Numbered from the whole stretch's first letter, positions 36,428 through 49,343 are shown. The stretch: DNA of 63,387 nt, filler included, from Phoronis australis (GCA_002633005.1; 8 parts of 8 records of this genome joined end to end with filler, not necessarily neighbours in it), one strand, 5' to 3'. Numbers and translations are program-made. Notes: generated from the sequence alone by a model not told the origin.

Positions 36428-37912
36428 TAACCCTGGGAAAAGGCGACCTGAAAGTTGAAACGAGAAAGTGCATCAGCAATGATGTTAGTGTAGCCGGGGA
36501 TATGTTTTGCCCGAAAATGAACATTAAAGGTAAGAGCGGAGATGACCAGACGGCGGACAAGAGACATAATGGGGGCGTGGCGGGAGGATGTCTTGTTGAT
36601 AATGTCAACGACAGCACGGTTGTCGCACAGGAAGAGGATCTTGTGGTTGGCGAGCTTTGAACCCCACAGTTCTAGCGCTATGACAATCGGAAGGAGTTCC
36701 TTGAAGGTGATGTGATGGTGTTGCAGGTGCTCGGGCCACGGGCAGGCAAACCAGGAGGCTCCCAATGTCGCAGCAAAACCCCCGTTGGAGCCCGCAGCAT
36801 CAGAGTACAGTTTGATGGTGTCTGAAGATGTCCACTCGTCGAATAGGAACAGTGTTTTCCCATTGAAGCCTCGGAGAAAGATGGACCAAGCCCGAAGGTC
36901 CGCTCTCGCTTCTTTATTGAGAGTGACAAAGTGGTCTGGTCGCGAAATGCCGATGGTGAGGTTGATGAGTCGGCGCAGGAAGGCGCGGCCAGGCACGATG
37001 ACGGAGCAGGCGAAGTTTAGTAGGCCAATGAGGGATTGAAGGTCACGAAGGGTAACCTTGCGGCGCTTTTGGAAGTCGAGCAGGAGGTTGGAAGCTCTGT
37101 CCACCTTGTCCTGTGGGAGAGAAGCAGTCATGGTGGTAGAGTCAAGGTGGATGCCATAAATGGTGATGGAGGTGGTCGGCTGAATTGTCTTGTCGTGGTT
37201 GATAGGGATGCCTAGAGAGTCGCAGAGTGATATGAATGCGGCGAGGTCCCGGGAGCATGTCGGCGAGGATGGGGGGCCCACGAAGAAGAAGTCATCGAGG
37301 TAGTGCGAAACGCCGGCGACCTTCAATTTGGTTTCCAGGATCCATTGAATCGCAGAACTGACCTTTTCGAAGATGTTGCAGCTGGAGGCACAGCCAAATG
37401 GCAGGCACTTGTCGTAGTAGAAGTTGTTGGCCCAGGAGAGACCTAAGAGGTGGTAGTCGTCAGGGTGCACCGGTACGATGCGAAAAGCGTCCTTGATGTC
37501 GGTCTTAGCCATGAGGGAGTGGCGCCCAAACCGTTGAACCAGGCGGATAGCGTCCGTGATGGATTGGTACTGGACTTGGGAGAATTCAGGGGGTATGAGG
37601 GAGTTAACTGAGTTAGAGTGACGAGATGGGTATGACAAGTTATGAATGAGACGAAAACTGTTAGGGTGAGATTTAGGGATGAGGGCAAGGGGTGACGAAG
37701 AGAAAAGGGGGAATGGGGGGATGGAAAGGGACCGGCATAGCGACCCAGCAGAACCTCAGTCTGTATTTTCTGAAAGGTAACTTCGAGATTACGTTGAGCT
37801 GATGGGTGGTTGGTGGGGGGATTGAAATGACATATCGAGGAGGCGCCGAGTCTGAAACCGAAAGAGAAACCAGTGATAAGCTCCGTAGTCGAGAGGGAGT
37901 CATAACCTGAAA
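36376..37912 (-). CDS. Reverse transcriptase-RNase H of a DIRS/Ngaro retrotransposon, with one frameshift at about 37715-37720
   Basis: KTDIKDAFR, LPFGCASS, YLDDFF, LQSLIGLLNFAC, RNase H SDAAG, KELLPI, CDNRAVV, HIPG..NIIADALSR. The N-terminal part (GYD..LITGFSFGFRLG..NHPSA..GRYAGPF) is in another frame and is rejoined by adding one C to a C6 run. Confidence 0.9.
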
Positions 37913-39837
37913 AATGAAGAGAACGAACGTAGGTCTTGTAGACGACGAGGTAGGTGGCTGAATGAGAGACCACGTTGAACAGAACAAAGGAAATATGGGC
38001 GACCAATCAGGAGTCGCGTAGAGAAACGTATGAATACAAAAGTAGGCCCTTGAGGCTATAAATAGAGATAAGTAATGCAAAATAAACCCTAAGGACTGGT
38101 ATCAAAATAAAGAGACAAGTGTCAAAATAATGACGATAAATGCATTTAAGAAGTTAAATTTAATTAACTGGCTGTACTTCGGGAGCAAGTTTTCGGTTAT
38201 ACAGAATTTGTTAAATGCACGACACTTTTCATTGTTCACAGTCTTTATTCCGATACGTTCGTACTTTCGGAACAAAACTCTACTCTCAACTGAACATCGA
38301 TAAAGTAACTAACCTAGCGACATAATTAAAAGACACACGATATTTCGAAACATAATTGTTTCATTCTCAAGTGAAGATAAAATGACGCAGTAATGCCACC
38401 ACAGAGTATAAGCGGACGACACACACAGTGAGACACAGCGGGTGTGAAATGCTGCAAAGAATGACTAATGAAGGGGGGTAACAGGAAAGTCACGCAATCA
38501 AGTGTAACGTGCGGTGCGACCCTGTTTGCTGCTCATTCAAAACAGGCTTCTCAAAAGCAAACGAAAATCGGAGCAACATCAATCGTGCTCTGTGTCAAAT
38601 GACAAAGATCGGGTATGACCATTTGTTTACACACTTCCATTAGTCGTTCAAATAGTCGACAGTCGCATGCGAATATGAAAGAAAACGGAGTGTGAAAAAT
38701 GGTATTATTATCTACAGCTCCCCAACAATGATGGCCTAAATCCCACACGGGACTTTTGCAACAGTTATGGGGCGGAGTTATGAGACGTGAACGTAGGTGT
38801 TTTCTCAGACAGTAACACGAATGTAAGTAAGAGACAAGCACATCGTACGCGTACCGCGTAGAATATGCGGCCCCTGTTTTCTTTGAAATTCTTTTTAGGA
38901 ATAATGAGTACAAATCTTTGTTTCCTAGTTATTTTCATGGAAAAAATGTTTTAACACAAATCGAAAGTAAAAGTAATAATTGATATTCAAAACTGTCAAT
39001 CAGCATTGGGAGTATAAATGGTCAGTAGTCAATTAGAAGTCACACTCGTCTCGTCTGCTGCAGAGTGAACTAGGAACCGACTCAACGGAGCAGGCACTCC
39101 ACGCATTTTAATTCAAGTATTCAAGCACACTTGAAAGTGGTTAGTACTGTGAATGACTATTTAAAAATATGCGCAGTTACGTACTATAAATTATTCATGC
39201 AGTTGCCATATTAAAAGTGAGCCTCTTTTTAGGTTTTAAAAGTAATGCATTCGGCGCTTTAATCACAGCGCAAATCGTGACTTTCTTGTATGCGTCGTTA
39301 TGTTTATGTCTCAAAATGCACTGTCTTTTTTAAATATAAAAGAGGCTCAATACTGAAATGGCGACAGTGTGAATAAGGTGAACACTTATTTTCGTGCATG
39401 CTTACCCACTTACTTATTTTCTTACTTATTTATTTAGTCAGGAGTCTTAGGCCTATTATACTTTGACTTGTGGGTTTGAAATGTGAACGGTTAAGATCCG
39501 GTCCGTTTCTGTTCTTCAGTGATTTTTTCTTTCTTGCGGGTTTGCTTAATAACTATTTTGTAATTTGAGATACTAGCTCACACAGCAACAATTCAGGTAA
39601 TGTATTTCTTCCAAGAATTCAACACTGATATCTAAACAACGACACTCCCCGTAAATTGAACTAACCCAGTTAAAGGAGAATGCCACCCGATTTAATTAGT
39701 CTTTTTTGCCATCTTAGTCGATCTATATCCACATCGCTCACATACGGTCGACCTTACCTTGCCAAGAGGTGTCGCGTTAACTTGTGAGGAACGTGAGGAA
39801 CGACGCTAGCGACGTCAGTGGTTCATATGCAGAGTGA

Positions 39838-40020
39838 ATGCCGCTATGTTGCGGTGCATCGTTCCCGCTTGTCCGAACTAAGCAGCTGCGAGGAAAGCGG
39901 GTATATCGTTTTTTACTTCCTCGAGAGTCCGAAATGCTTAGAAAGTGGCTCATGATAGTGAAGAATGAAATGTACGCTGTAAATAGCAAGTATGAGGCCG
40001 TGAAACATCTCCGTATCAGT
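39838..40020 (+). pseudogene. Degenerate THAP-like fragment (possible Kolobok-type element starting TTAAAGG at about 39670)
   Basis: MPLCCGA...GKRVYRF.LPR....RKWL..VK...HLRI resembles THAP, but several ligands are lost. Confidence 0.4.
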
Positions 40021-40539
40021 GGCCTACAGACGTCGACAGTGCCTGACGAATGCCGGTGTTACGTGAAATTTTTTCCCCGTGAAATTTCTTCCCAAGCGAA
40101 GACGGCAAAGCACAGCTGTAAAATAAGCCTAAAAATAGAAATTCACTACGTGTGTGATATTGTAACGATTTTAGTCAATTGCCATTGTTATATTAGACAT
40201 TGGTAAATGAATTGTAATTAGATTTACTTCAAATCAGTCGCCGGTCAGTAGGCTTGCTCACATATGGCCTATACTTTGCGGGTTGTGATCATGCTTTTGT
40301 TTGTTTTATTGTACTCTGTAAACTTTATTATGAGCTAATATTACTTATGCTAATAAACCTGTCACCCTCTGTCTCGCTCTCTCTGTCTCTTTCTCTCTAC
40401 TTGCGGGGAGGAATCCCGTTAGCTAAGTAGGATCGTGCCNNNNNNNNNNNNNNNNNNNNNNNNNNNNNNNNNNNNNNNNNNNNTTAATTAATTAANNNNN
40501 NNNNNNNNNNNNNNNNNNNNNNNNNNNNNNNNNNNNNNN

Positions 40540-41635
40540 CAACTTCTCTTTCCTTTTTAAAACGAAATCGAAAATGCCGTATTGTTACATGTAAGCCATT
40601 GTGAATGTAGGTTGTATTTTGGCACCCGAAGTCAACATATCCCCTATATATTTGCTCCAATATGTCGGCTCTTGTGTAATTCGCGTCGCCATATGTAAAC
40701 TTTTCCTTCAAAATCTCCCAAGACGGCTTGTACGTAAACTTGAATGGAACTGGGTTCTCTTGACCTTCGTTCAACATAGACTGTACTAATTTCTGCGTAA
40801 TTTTAGTTCTCAAGCTGTTTCTTATTTCATTTGAAGCGCAAAAAACTTTGATTTTTTTAAATTTTTCGTAACTTTGAGTATTCAAAAAATTATTTTTGTT
40901 AAGTCCTGAACAGAATTTCGATGCCAATTTCACACCCTTCAGACCGAGACAAGCCTCAGCTTGCAGGTCCCTTTTCTTCAGTTTTGACGTTTCTTTAACG
41001 AAAACGTATTTGCGTAATTGAGCACCCATTACAATTTTTGTCAAAACGTGTGAACCATATTTCTTAGCAAAATGTTGATATTGAGATATGACGGTGCTTA
41101 ATGGCTTATCCCCAATTTCGATTGGTAATCTCTCGTAGTCTTCCATAAAGTTTCCACTAAGTGCCTGATTTATTCGGCATCTTTTCTTCAATGCTACGGA
41201 AACAACTTGGGTGTCAAACAAAATGGAATATCCGGAAACACGAGTAGTCGTCTTAATTAATTTGTCGAATTTTTCTGAAATAGTCGTATTGAGAATACGG
41301 TAGGCACCATCTAAACCGACCTCAATTCCAAACTTCTCGATTACATCAAATGTACTTTCGAAGAAACTGTCGGACGAAGTCGATAGACTGGGCGATGACG
41401 TACTTAAGCAGTCCTGTTGAAATTCAGAGCGGTAGACATTCATGGCTTCGTCTACCGTTGGATGCAATACATCCAATTCTAGCAAATTGAACCAATGACC
41501 GATTAAGGCTGTAACTGAGGATAGAGCTACACTCGGTATTTCATCTCTTTTAGTTTCGGACGCCGTTGTTAGCGATGGATTGCTCGTCAGCACTATGAAA
41601 GACACAAGCACTGGTAAGCTGAACAGGTACTTCAT
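40540..41635 (-). CDS. Secreted MACPF-domain protein resembling sea-anemone AvTX-60A/PsTX-60-type toxins; 3' truncated by linker
   Basis: Signal peptide MKYLFSLPVLVSFIVLTS; MACPF signature KYGSHVLTKIVMGA; downstream RDLQAEAC..FCSG and PVPFKFTYKPSWEIL motifs. Acceptor ttgcag immediately before the ATG; no introns in the visible part. Confidence 0.8.
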
Positions 41636-42914
41636 CTGCAAATATGAACACAGTACAAGACAATGATAACACTTAGTAGTTCAAATCATAGAACTCTATT
41701 CCTGGAATGCCATCTTTGATCTCGCGCTACTTAGGATGCGCCGCGTATGCGTGGAATGCGTTTGCATACTCTAAATTCTGATGTTGGTTATTGCTATTTG
41801 CCAGTGAGCTAATTGCCGGCCCAATAGCTCACATAGTGAACCTATTAGGTCGACTACTGCAAAGTTTCTTTGTTAGGCTAAATATATTAAATATGACCAC
41901 GAGAACAAAATTAGCTTGGTTGCACTTTGATCAACTTTGAGCATGTTTTGCAATTCAAGATAGCACATGTCGTCATTTTAAATTTCTTCCCACTTTGTTT
42001 TTTTTTCAAACTGATGACTCACAGGTCATGTAAAACATTGTTTATACCATTTTCTGTGTGTCCATTTCTGAAGTTTTATTGACGGAGGTTCATTTTCAAG
42101 GTCAAACCAGAGGGCAACGGTCAAAACTGCGTAACAGCCTTTTCTAATTTAGTATTTAATTGCATTAATTCCTTCATTAAGCACTTCAAGATATATTTTC
42201 AAAATTCTGATTATTCCTTACAGTAGTGTGTCAAACAGTTTGCTCATGAGTTTCATGAGGGTTGTATCAGCACACTAGAGAAAGGCGTGTAAACGCTCAT
42301 CAGCTCAGCAGTTTAGACCGGGATCCCAGAGCTTTTCGGGGAATGAAAAAGTAACCAATTTTGTTTTGGTACCCGAGTGATCCATGGGTATCTTCAATCA
42401 CTGTATCAAAACTATCCACTGCCAGACAATTTCAGTGCTGGCGAACATCACCCAGGTGATTTTAACTGAGGCCAAAAGTTGAACCAGATGTAACCAGCTG
42501 AAACTGGTTACAAATTATTCAACATAAGCCAATGTATCATGAATGAAAACTGTCACACACAAATTCAGCGTTGGATTACCGACCCTCGGCAGACACGTCC
42601 AAGTTTCCAAGTTTAGCTTGCTCAACCCATCAGGTAACCGGTTCAAAGTAACTGGATAACAATCAGCATCACTCCATGTGGTGAAGCAATTATATGCCAG
42701 ACAATTTGAATGGGGTCCCAAAATTGAGCTGAACCAGATGGTAAATTGGCTGCCACCGAAGACTTGGCAATTAATATAGTATTTCTGATAAATTTGTAGG
42801 GTCCAAACAGAAACGAGCCAGATTTCCTATTAAGTCTGAATTCGTTATTGTATGCAGTGACTGGAATCTTGTACAAAGGTAACACAAAGATTGCCATGGG
42901 TACAAAACAGAAAA

Positions 42915-44648
42915 AACGCACAATCGCCACACAAAAATAAAAATGTTCATATTGATTCGACGTTTCGTCTATTCATTATATACCATCAGGTTTTAAACAA
43001 TAAGACATCAAGAGTCAACATACCAGTCAGGTTACATCCACGTAGTGAAATGAGTGCAGCAAGAAATACAGGGAATTGCAAGTAAGTCATCACCATAGCT
43101 GTAGAGTCATCGAGCTCTGCATGTTAGTCAGAGAACCAGCTACAGTAATTCCTTTATAGGTTATTTACAGACAACACTAACTGAATTGGCTCGGTGATTG
43201 TTGCTAACACAGTGCCTATAGACGTTGCTTTTGTATTAGATGTGATGTACTTTCAGCCTGTCACAGAGGCATCTCTGTGTGAGTTCGATATAGATTTCCT
43301 TACAGTTATCACATTCAACCACCTTATACACAACATTGCTATTGCTTAACAAAGAGATAGGTGACTTCAGTTGAGACATCATTTAGGAAAGTTAACGAAA
43401 AGGTTTGAAAACAACAATCAGCTCAACGGCTGGGTCTACGCAATGTACATGTACAAGACGAGATAATTAGCGTTTCAACTTCGGACTAATTGACCCAGTG
43501 TGACCAAGAAAAAAAACTTTCTTTTTCTCAGGTCTAATAACAGGTACGTTATCCGCCTCATTCATGTTTGAAAGGAAGGGCCTTTTACAGCTATTCAAAA
43601 AATTCACAGGGTAACCATTGGCAGGCAATATCTGGAAAATCCTAGCCACGTCGCAATCAAAATTTAAGTTGGTAGGACAAATTCTTCAAGCACTGTTTAA
43701 CAAGCAATTGACTATACTTCTCTTGTATTGGATCGGAAAAAAACTATCGAATTTAAGATAAAGTTCAGAAAAACTGGGCTTACGATAGACAGATATAACA
43801 ATGGTGCTATCCTCACGTTTAACCAAGACATTTAGAAAAGGTAAACACGACTCGTGCTCAGATTCACTGGTGAAGTTGATGGACGAATGCATATTGTTCA
43901 TGTGATTGAAAAAGGTGTTAACTGAGTCCTTGAATGAAAACACTACACCCACATACATGTACCCGCGATACAATCGTGGTTGACAGTCCGGTGGATAACT
44001 AGTCAGAGCCTCAGTCTTAAGATTGCACATGAAGATATTTGCTAACACTTGGCCCATGGGTGAACTCATGGCCACTCTATCAATCTGATCATAAAACTTC
44101 TCATCAAACAGAAAATTTCTCTGTTTAACAGTGATCGTGAGTAACTTACGTAATTGATTACACGTCAATTTGTGAACCTTGTCCGTATTGATATGCAGCT
44201 TGTCAATACGCAATTCGATGACGTCATACACAGGTACATTAGTGACGAGGCTGTAAACATCTAGACAACACATAGTGATTGCATCCTTAAGGCATGGACT
44301 TCATTAAGAAATGTTACCAACAATCACCAAGCCAATTCAGTCAGCATTATGTATAAAGAAACTATAAAGCAATTACTGTACATAAGAGCCATTGGACATT
44401 CAGGACCAGCATGCTAATGCTTCTCTAAATAACATGCACAGCTGAGTGACTCTACAGTCCTGATGGTGATGACCTATTTACTATTCCCTGTATTTCTCGC
44501 TACACCCATTTCACTACAACGTGGATGTAACCTGACTGCTATGTCGACACCTGATCTTGTAGTATTGTTTATAACCTGATGATGTCCAATGATCAGACGA
44601 AACTTCGAATCAATATGAACTTTTTACTTGTGCGGCGATTGTGCGTTT
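42915..44648 (-). mobile_element. Penelope-like element relic: RT (44273-43686), thumb/linker, GIY-YIG (about 43340-43245), flanked by inverted pLTRs (42915-43140 and 44415-44648)
   Basis: LDVYSLVTNVPV, FYDQIDRVAMSSPMGQVLANIFM, INFTSESE..LPFL, VYRKP, NGYP; NVVYKVVECDNCKEIYI. The two flanks are reverse complements and each carries a CTGATG..GACGAAAC motif. Confidence 0.85.
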
Positions 44649-44734
44649 CTTGATCCTAGTATGGCCAAAACTGATGTAATTAACTCAACATAAAATAATT
44701 TAATTGCCTCTTAAGAAGCCGTCAACCTAAGGAG

Positions 44735-44970
44735 TAAGTTCAACGTTGTCGATCTTTGGAGAGTGTAAAATCCAGAAAAAATGTCATTTACCTGGAAATC
44801 CAGTACAAATTATAAGGGCCCGATTAGACTTCGTTTTATTTTCTAAAGATCTGCTTTCACTCACAGATGACGTCAGACATCTACTTGGCAATAGAGCAGA
44901 TCATTTTCTTATCCCTCTTTCAATGAGAAGCTCGAAAGTTGTGAAAGGACGAGGAATGTGGCCTTACGTT
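44735..44970 (+). pseudogene. L1/Tx1-type LINE AP-endonuclease C-terminal fragment
   Basis: VDLWRV.NPEKMSFTW, then after a frameshift ARLDFVLFS...ADH....GRGMW, matching the D.WR..NP...FTW..RLD..SDH..G.G.W pattern. Confidence 0.65.
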
Positions 44971-45301
44971 TTTCAAATTAATGTGGCCCCACAAGAATAA
45001 AGAAAAGAACAAATGCTCTAAGTCATCAACAACGACTTCGTCTCTATCCCTATGCCTACCACCATCTTCTACGGTCCTGCAGACAATATCAACAACACCA
45101 TGAAAAAAAGTCAAAATCAACAGAAGGTTCCGCAGACAAGTCGCTGAGAAAACAATAACCTGTGAAACTGACAACGTAGTCAACTTATCAAACCATAACT
45201 TAACTGATAGTGGAGTTAGCCTACATGTAGTGTAATGAAGTTGCCGGAGAGCCTCGTCAATATATTTCTGCTTGTCAAATTATACATGTAACAACAGCTG
45301 A

Positions 45302-45451
45302 TCTCTTTTGAGTCTATGAGGGGGTACTGGGGTGTTGTAGGTTTTCTATTATTTGTACAGAAAGAAAAAAAAACATAATCTTCAAAAATCTTTCTGTACG
45401 AATAATAGAAAAACTCCAACATCCCAGTACCCCTCATAGACTCAAAAGAGA
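45302..45451. repeat. Near-perfect 150-bp hairpin
   Basis: tctcttttgagtctatgagggggtactggg...tgtacagaaaga / tctttctgtac...cccagtacccctcatagactcaaaagaga. Confidence 0.85.
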
Positions 45452-45892
45452 AAATTTTGGATAGACAAGCTCAATACAATAGAACCTCATGGATTAAACA
45501 TAAAAACTTCTTAAATTATATCATTTAATTATTTCCGCAACAATGTATCATATTCATTACGCCACATCTCAAATGTCAATTGTCATATAGTGTTTGACTT
45601 TACTTTATTTCTGTTTCTGTTGACGAAGGACGTCATTATATCCGAAAATTTCAGTTATCCATAGTTGTTGTTTTATTTACCTATATATATTTTACAGAAA
45701 GTTATTAATTGCGACCTAAATTGTACCGTCATAATTTGTAGCCCCTTCGAGCTCCCCAGACAAATTCTCAACCGATAAGCTTAAAGTGGTACATATGACA
45801 TCATCGTGCCAACGAAATTTCCCCTAAGTCTCACTGCGCAACATCCGAGTGCCATTTCTTGGACGAAGGCTAGTTATGGGTCTCTGGGCTAA

Positions 45893-46046
45893 AATGCGAC
45901 GTTGCGTGGTGTACGGGTGCAGCAATACATGTATAAGCGGCAGTGGCACACGTTTGTGCAACTTTCCCGCCGATCCCGGCATGTGCCGTGCATGTAATAT
46001 ATTTGTATCAACGACAAGGACTGGCGACAAAATTTCTGATCAATAA
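45893..46046 (+). pseudogene. THAP zinc-finger relic, probably inside a non-autonomous DNA transposon
   Basis: MRRCVVYGCSN....RLCNFPADP resembles the THAP N-terminus (CxxxxC...FP); premature stop; a TTAAAG-type start lies at 45781. Confidence 0.55.
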
Positions 46047-46274
46047 GAATTGTTCTCGCCTTTGTGCAAAGCAGTATACAAAATCTACAGCTTTGCGTCG
46101 ATTTGGGAAAAAAGCAACTAAAATCCGACACAAAAGTCGTGTCATTAAAAGCTACACCACTCTTCTTAGAGTAAACTAAATTAGTGACTGGTGTTGGAAA
46201 AAATTGGTAATTACATCAGTTTTTGGCCATAATAGGACCGTAAAAAGCAAAAAAAAAAACAGACAGTCGCTGAA

Positions 46275-46500
46275 TAAATGAAAACGTTTATATTGATTCG
46301 ACGTTTCGTCTATTCATTAAACATCATCAGGTTGTAAACAATAAGATATCAAGTGTCGATATATCAGTCAGGTTACACCCACGAAATGAAATGAGTGAGG
46401 CAACAAGACAGGAAATAGTAAATAGGTCATCACTGTGGCGTCACTGAGCTCTGCACGGTATTCAGAGAGTCATTGGATATTCAGGACCAGCATGCTGCTG
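46275..46500 (-). repeat. Solo pLTR of the same Penelope family with hammerhead-like motif at 46300-46330
   Basis: Aligns by eye with 42935-43135; minus strand reads CUGAUGA-U-GUUUA(AUGAA)UAGAC-GAAA-CGUC. Confidence 0.75.
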
Positions 46501-47394
46501 GTGTACATCAACATGGTGTAACTTTTCCACGTAATTTGCAACAAATAAAAACGACCTATTGTCGCCGATTCCAAAACGGGACACGCACTCGACAGCGGCC
46601 CATATCGGAATCGCGCAGCGTTCACACCTAAGACTTCAAAAAGACATGAACGCAAAGTTCCTAGCTGCACTTTTTGTATCAATCAAACTATGCTTTTTAA
46701 TTAACATTTTGAAATTGTCTGATAATAATTCGGACGAAGCGGTTCGTTTTTTTTCTACTGTTCAGGCGACCCCAGTCATCCACCCGGGGATTCCCATACG
46801 GGCTTGTATTAGAATTGTTAGCAAATTAATTGAACAAAAAGTTATAAATGTGATGATTTTGATCAATTTTAATGTTTCAAATTGGAATTGACATGATATG
46901 AACAATTAACATGTTTCCTTGATTTACAAGGTATTTTGCACTAAATTAAACGGACAATCATCGGGGACTCCAATACGATAGAGACAGGGTGAAAGCCAAA
47001 TTCTTTGCGTCGATGTTGTCATAGACTTTGGTGCGAGCCCCATCTCAAGGTTTTTTGGCGCTAAATTGGGTTTGTGATGGGGCTGCTGTACTTTAAAAAA
47101 CCTATTTAATTAACAATTGGGCTATGATATGACACCGTATATTTTTTGCTAACATTCTTTAATTTTAATCTACAAATCAATCTGATTATTATTAGTCCAA
47201 CTTGTTTCCATGGAGACACTAAGAGTACAACACCTGATAGCAAACTAAGGTAATTTTTCAATTACTTTGCACACAAATAATTGCTGAAAATGCCGAAGGT
47301 TTGGACTGACTACCTCACAAAAAATCAAAAAATGTGTTAACTTTATGACACCGTATGCGCTTTACATTAATAAAAAGTACGACGGATTTAAACC

Positions 47395-48150
47395 GGCTGG
47401 ACATGTTTCGACGTTTATTGCAACACCACCATCAGAAGAAAAAAACACTGTCCATCTTGCTAGGCCTAAGAACAAGTAATGATACACAGACACAGTCAGT
47501 TACAAGGGAGTAACGATAGACTTTATTAACAATGACAACCGGTGGTATGGCAGTTGCTTATTGAGAATGGGCTTGCACCAATATTGACTTGTAGAGCCTC
47601 ACGAGTTTTAAGCTCCTTTGTTGTTTCTGCTTGGTCTATTATAGCAAAGTCATTGAAAGAGCATTGCTGATAACAATTTAGATGTCCCTGGTCCGGGTTT
47701 TCAAATGTCGGGCAGTTTCGCCTATGTACAGTAACTGGAGCCCCAGCACAGATAAATTTGTACACTATCCTGAACCGGAGACACATAGGATGTTTGTCCT
47801 TAGGGTTAAATAAGTTAGACAGTTTTAGAGACCTGAATGTTAATACAACTCTTAAGTTGATTTTTCGTTGAGCGATCTTGGCGTAAAAACCAATATAGGG
47901 TATTTTAAAGTACTTGTAGTTAGTTTTGTATACATGATGAATGATGAATGTCATCATGGTTGCGTTGCAGTCTTGTTTTCAGTGCCTATTGACTAGTTCA
48001 AATGGATAGTCATTCTTCTGCAAATTTAAAGTTCTTTGATAGTAGAATCAAATTGAGTAAAAGTGTTGGTAATGCGATAAAAATTGTCTATTAGAGTTTT
48101 AATGATACCCACCTTAAAAACAAAAGATGTGAAGCTATGATAACAAGTCA
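47395..48150 (-). mobile_element. Second Penelope-like relic (RT thumb, GIY-YIG endonuclease, 3' hammerhead-like motif at 47397-47438)
   Basis: GIIKTLIDNFYRI..LQKNDYP, IPYIG, IVYKFICAG, FAIIDQAET..ELKTREAL; then CUGAUGG-U-GGUGUU..AACGUC-GAAA-CAUG-UC. Confidence 0.8.
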
Positions 48151-48394
48151 TAGTCATTTTGGCAACATACTAGGCCTTTGATAAAACCAACAAAGTGACA
48201 ATTTGTAGTGAAATCGTTGACGAAATGTGGCAATTAAATTTTTACAGAAATAATTTGCAGGACTGTGACCTGCAGCCGATGACCGAGACCAGAGACTGGC
48301 GAAAGGCGAGAGCAAGCTGTCGCCAGCTGTTTTAGGCCTACGGGAATAAATGGTTCAAATCATCAATGCTATATATATAATATATAAAATTATA

Positions 48395-48396
<2 letters not shown>

Positions 48397-48455
<59 letters not shown>
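48397..48455 (+). repeat. (TA)n microsatellite
   Basis: Seen directly. Confidence 0.95.
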
Positions 48456-49236
48456 CATTGTACTTTGTCAGTAATCTTTCTCGTGTACATATTTCAATGA
48501 AAACACGTATTTGATCTGTTTTTACCAATTAAATCTCAGTTCTTTCAAGCTCTCTAAATAGAGATCTTGTCCTTACATCACAACAGTGCAACAAAAATCC
48601 AAACGACATCAGTAGGTAACATATTTAAGAAAGCGATATTTCGAGACACATCTCTCATCTTCAGGCTACTATTTATAACTAGTTCACAGTGAAACGCACT
48701 TCAGAAATGACAAATGTAATATACACCGGTGATCTAAAGTCGTGAATATAAGCATAATAAGTGCCGATTGTCATACTACCCAATGTCCGTTAGCAACTGC
48801 TCATGTGATNNNNNNNNNNNNNNNNNNNNNNNNNNNNNNNNNNNNNNNNNNNNTTAATTAATTAANNNNNNNNNNNNNNNNNNNNNNNNNNNNNNNNNNN
48901 NNNNNNNNNATACCCAACCGGTACTCCTGATCCGATAAGGAATCGCCCGATCGTGTTACAGTAGGCACCGGGATAGAAAAAAAATGCGGGACAGGTTAAG
49001 CACCCTTATGTGTAACCAGTAACTTGCGTAGTGCTTGTAAGTATGATGAAGGAGGAACAAACAAAATTATTGCACTAAACATTTGAAATGTTTAGTTGTC
49101 TAAACTCGTATCCAACTGGCATCGATTTCGCAACCCTCGATCACGCCATGTTGAACTTTTCATGACGAATAGGCTTACTTTTTTGTTTGCTCTGTCACAA
49201 TACGTCACGAGTTCAAAGCTTGCGTGAGGTCATGAG

Positions 49237-49272
49237 TATAAACCTAGCGTGTACGACGTCAGCCCTTCATTT
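49237..49272 (+). promoter_or_regulatory. Putative TATA + Inr core promoter of the acyltransferase gene
   Basis: TATAAA at 49237-49242 and TCATTT with its A at 49269 (32 nt downstream), 75 nt before the ATG. Confidence 0.5.
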
Positions 49273-49343
49273 CGTCGGCGGAAAGTCAGACATTTTAAAG
49301 TAGTAATTGCTTTGAGTCAGATCATACAGAAAATTATCTCATA

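Larger units (their letters stand above)
35050..38170 (-). mobile_element. Ngaro/DIRS-type tyrosine-recombinase retrotransposon, gag not seen; ends approximate
   Basis: Overlapping RT-RH and YR ORFs, no methyltransferase domain after RNase H, visibly GC-richer than flanks, short GCTGCAACAACAG repeats 3' of YR. Confidence 0.8.

Noticed and set aside
37715-37720. Programmed ribosomal frameshift in the DIRS RT
   Set aside because: It falls inside the conserved RT N-terminal region at a homopolymer; an indel or sequencing error is more parsimonious.
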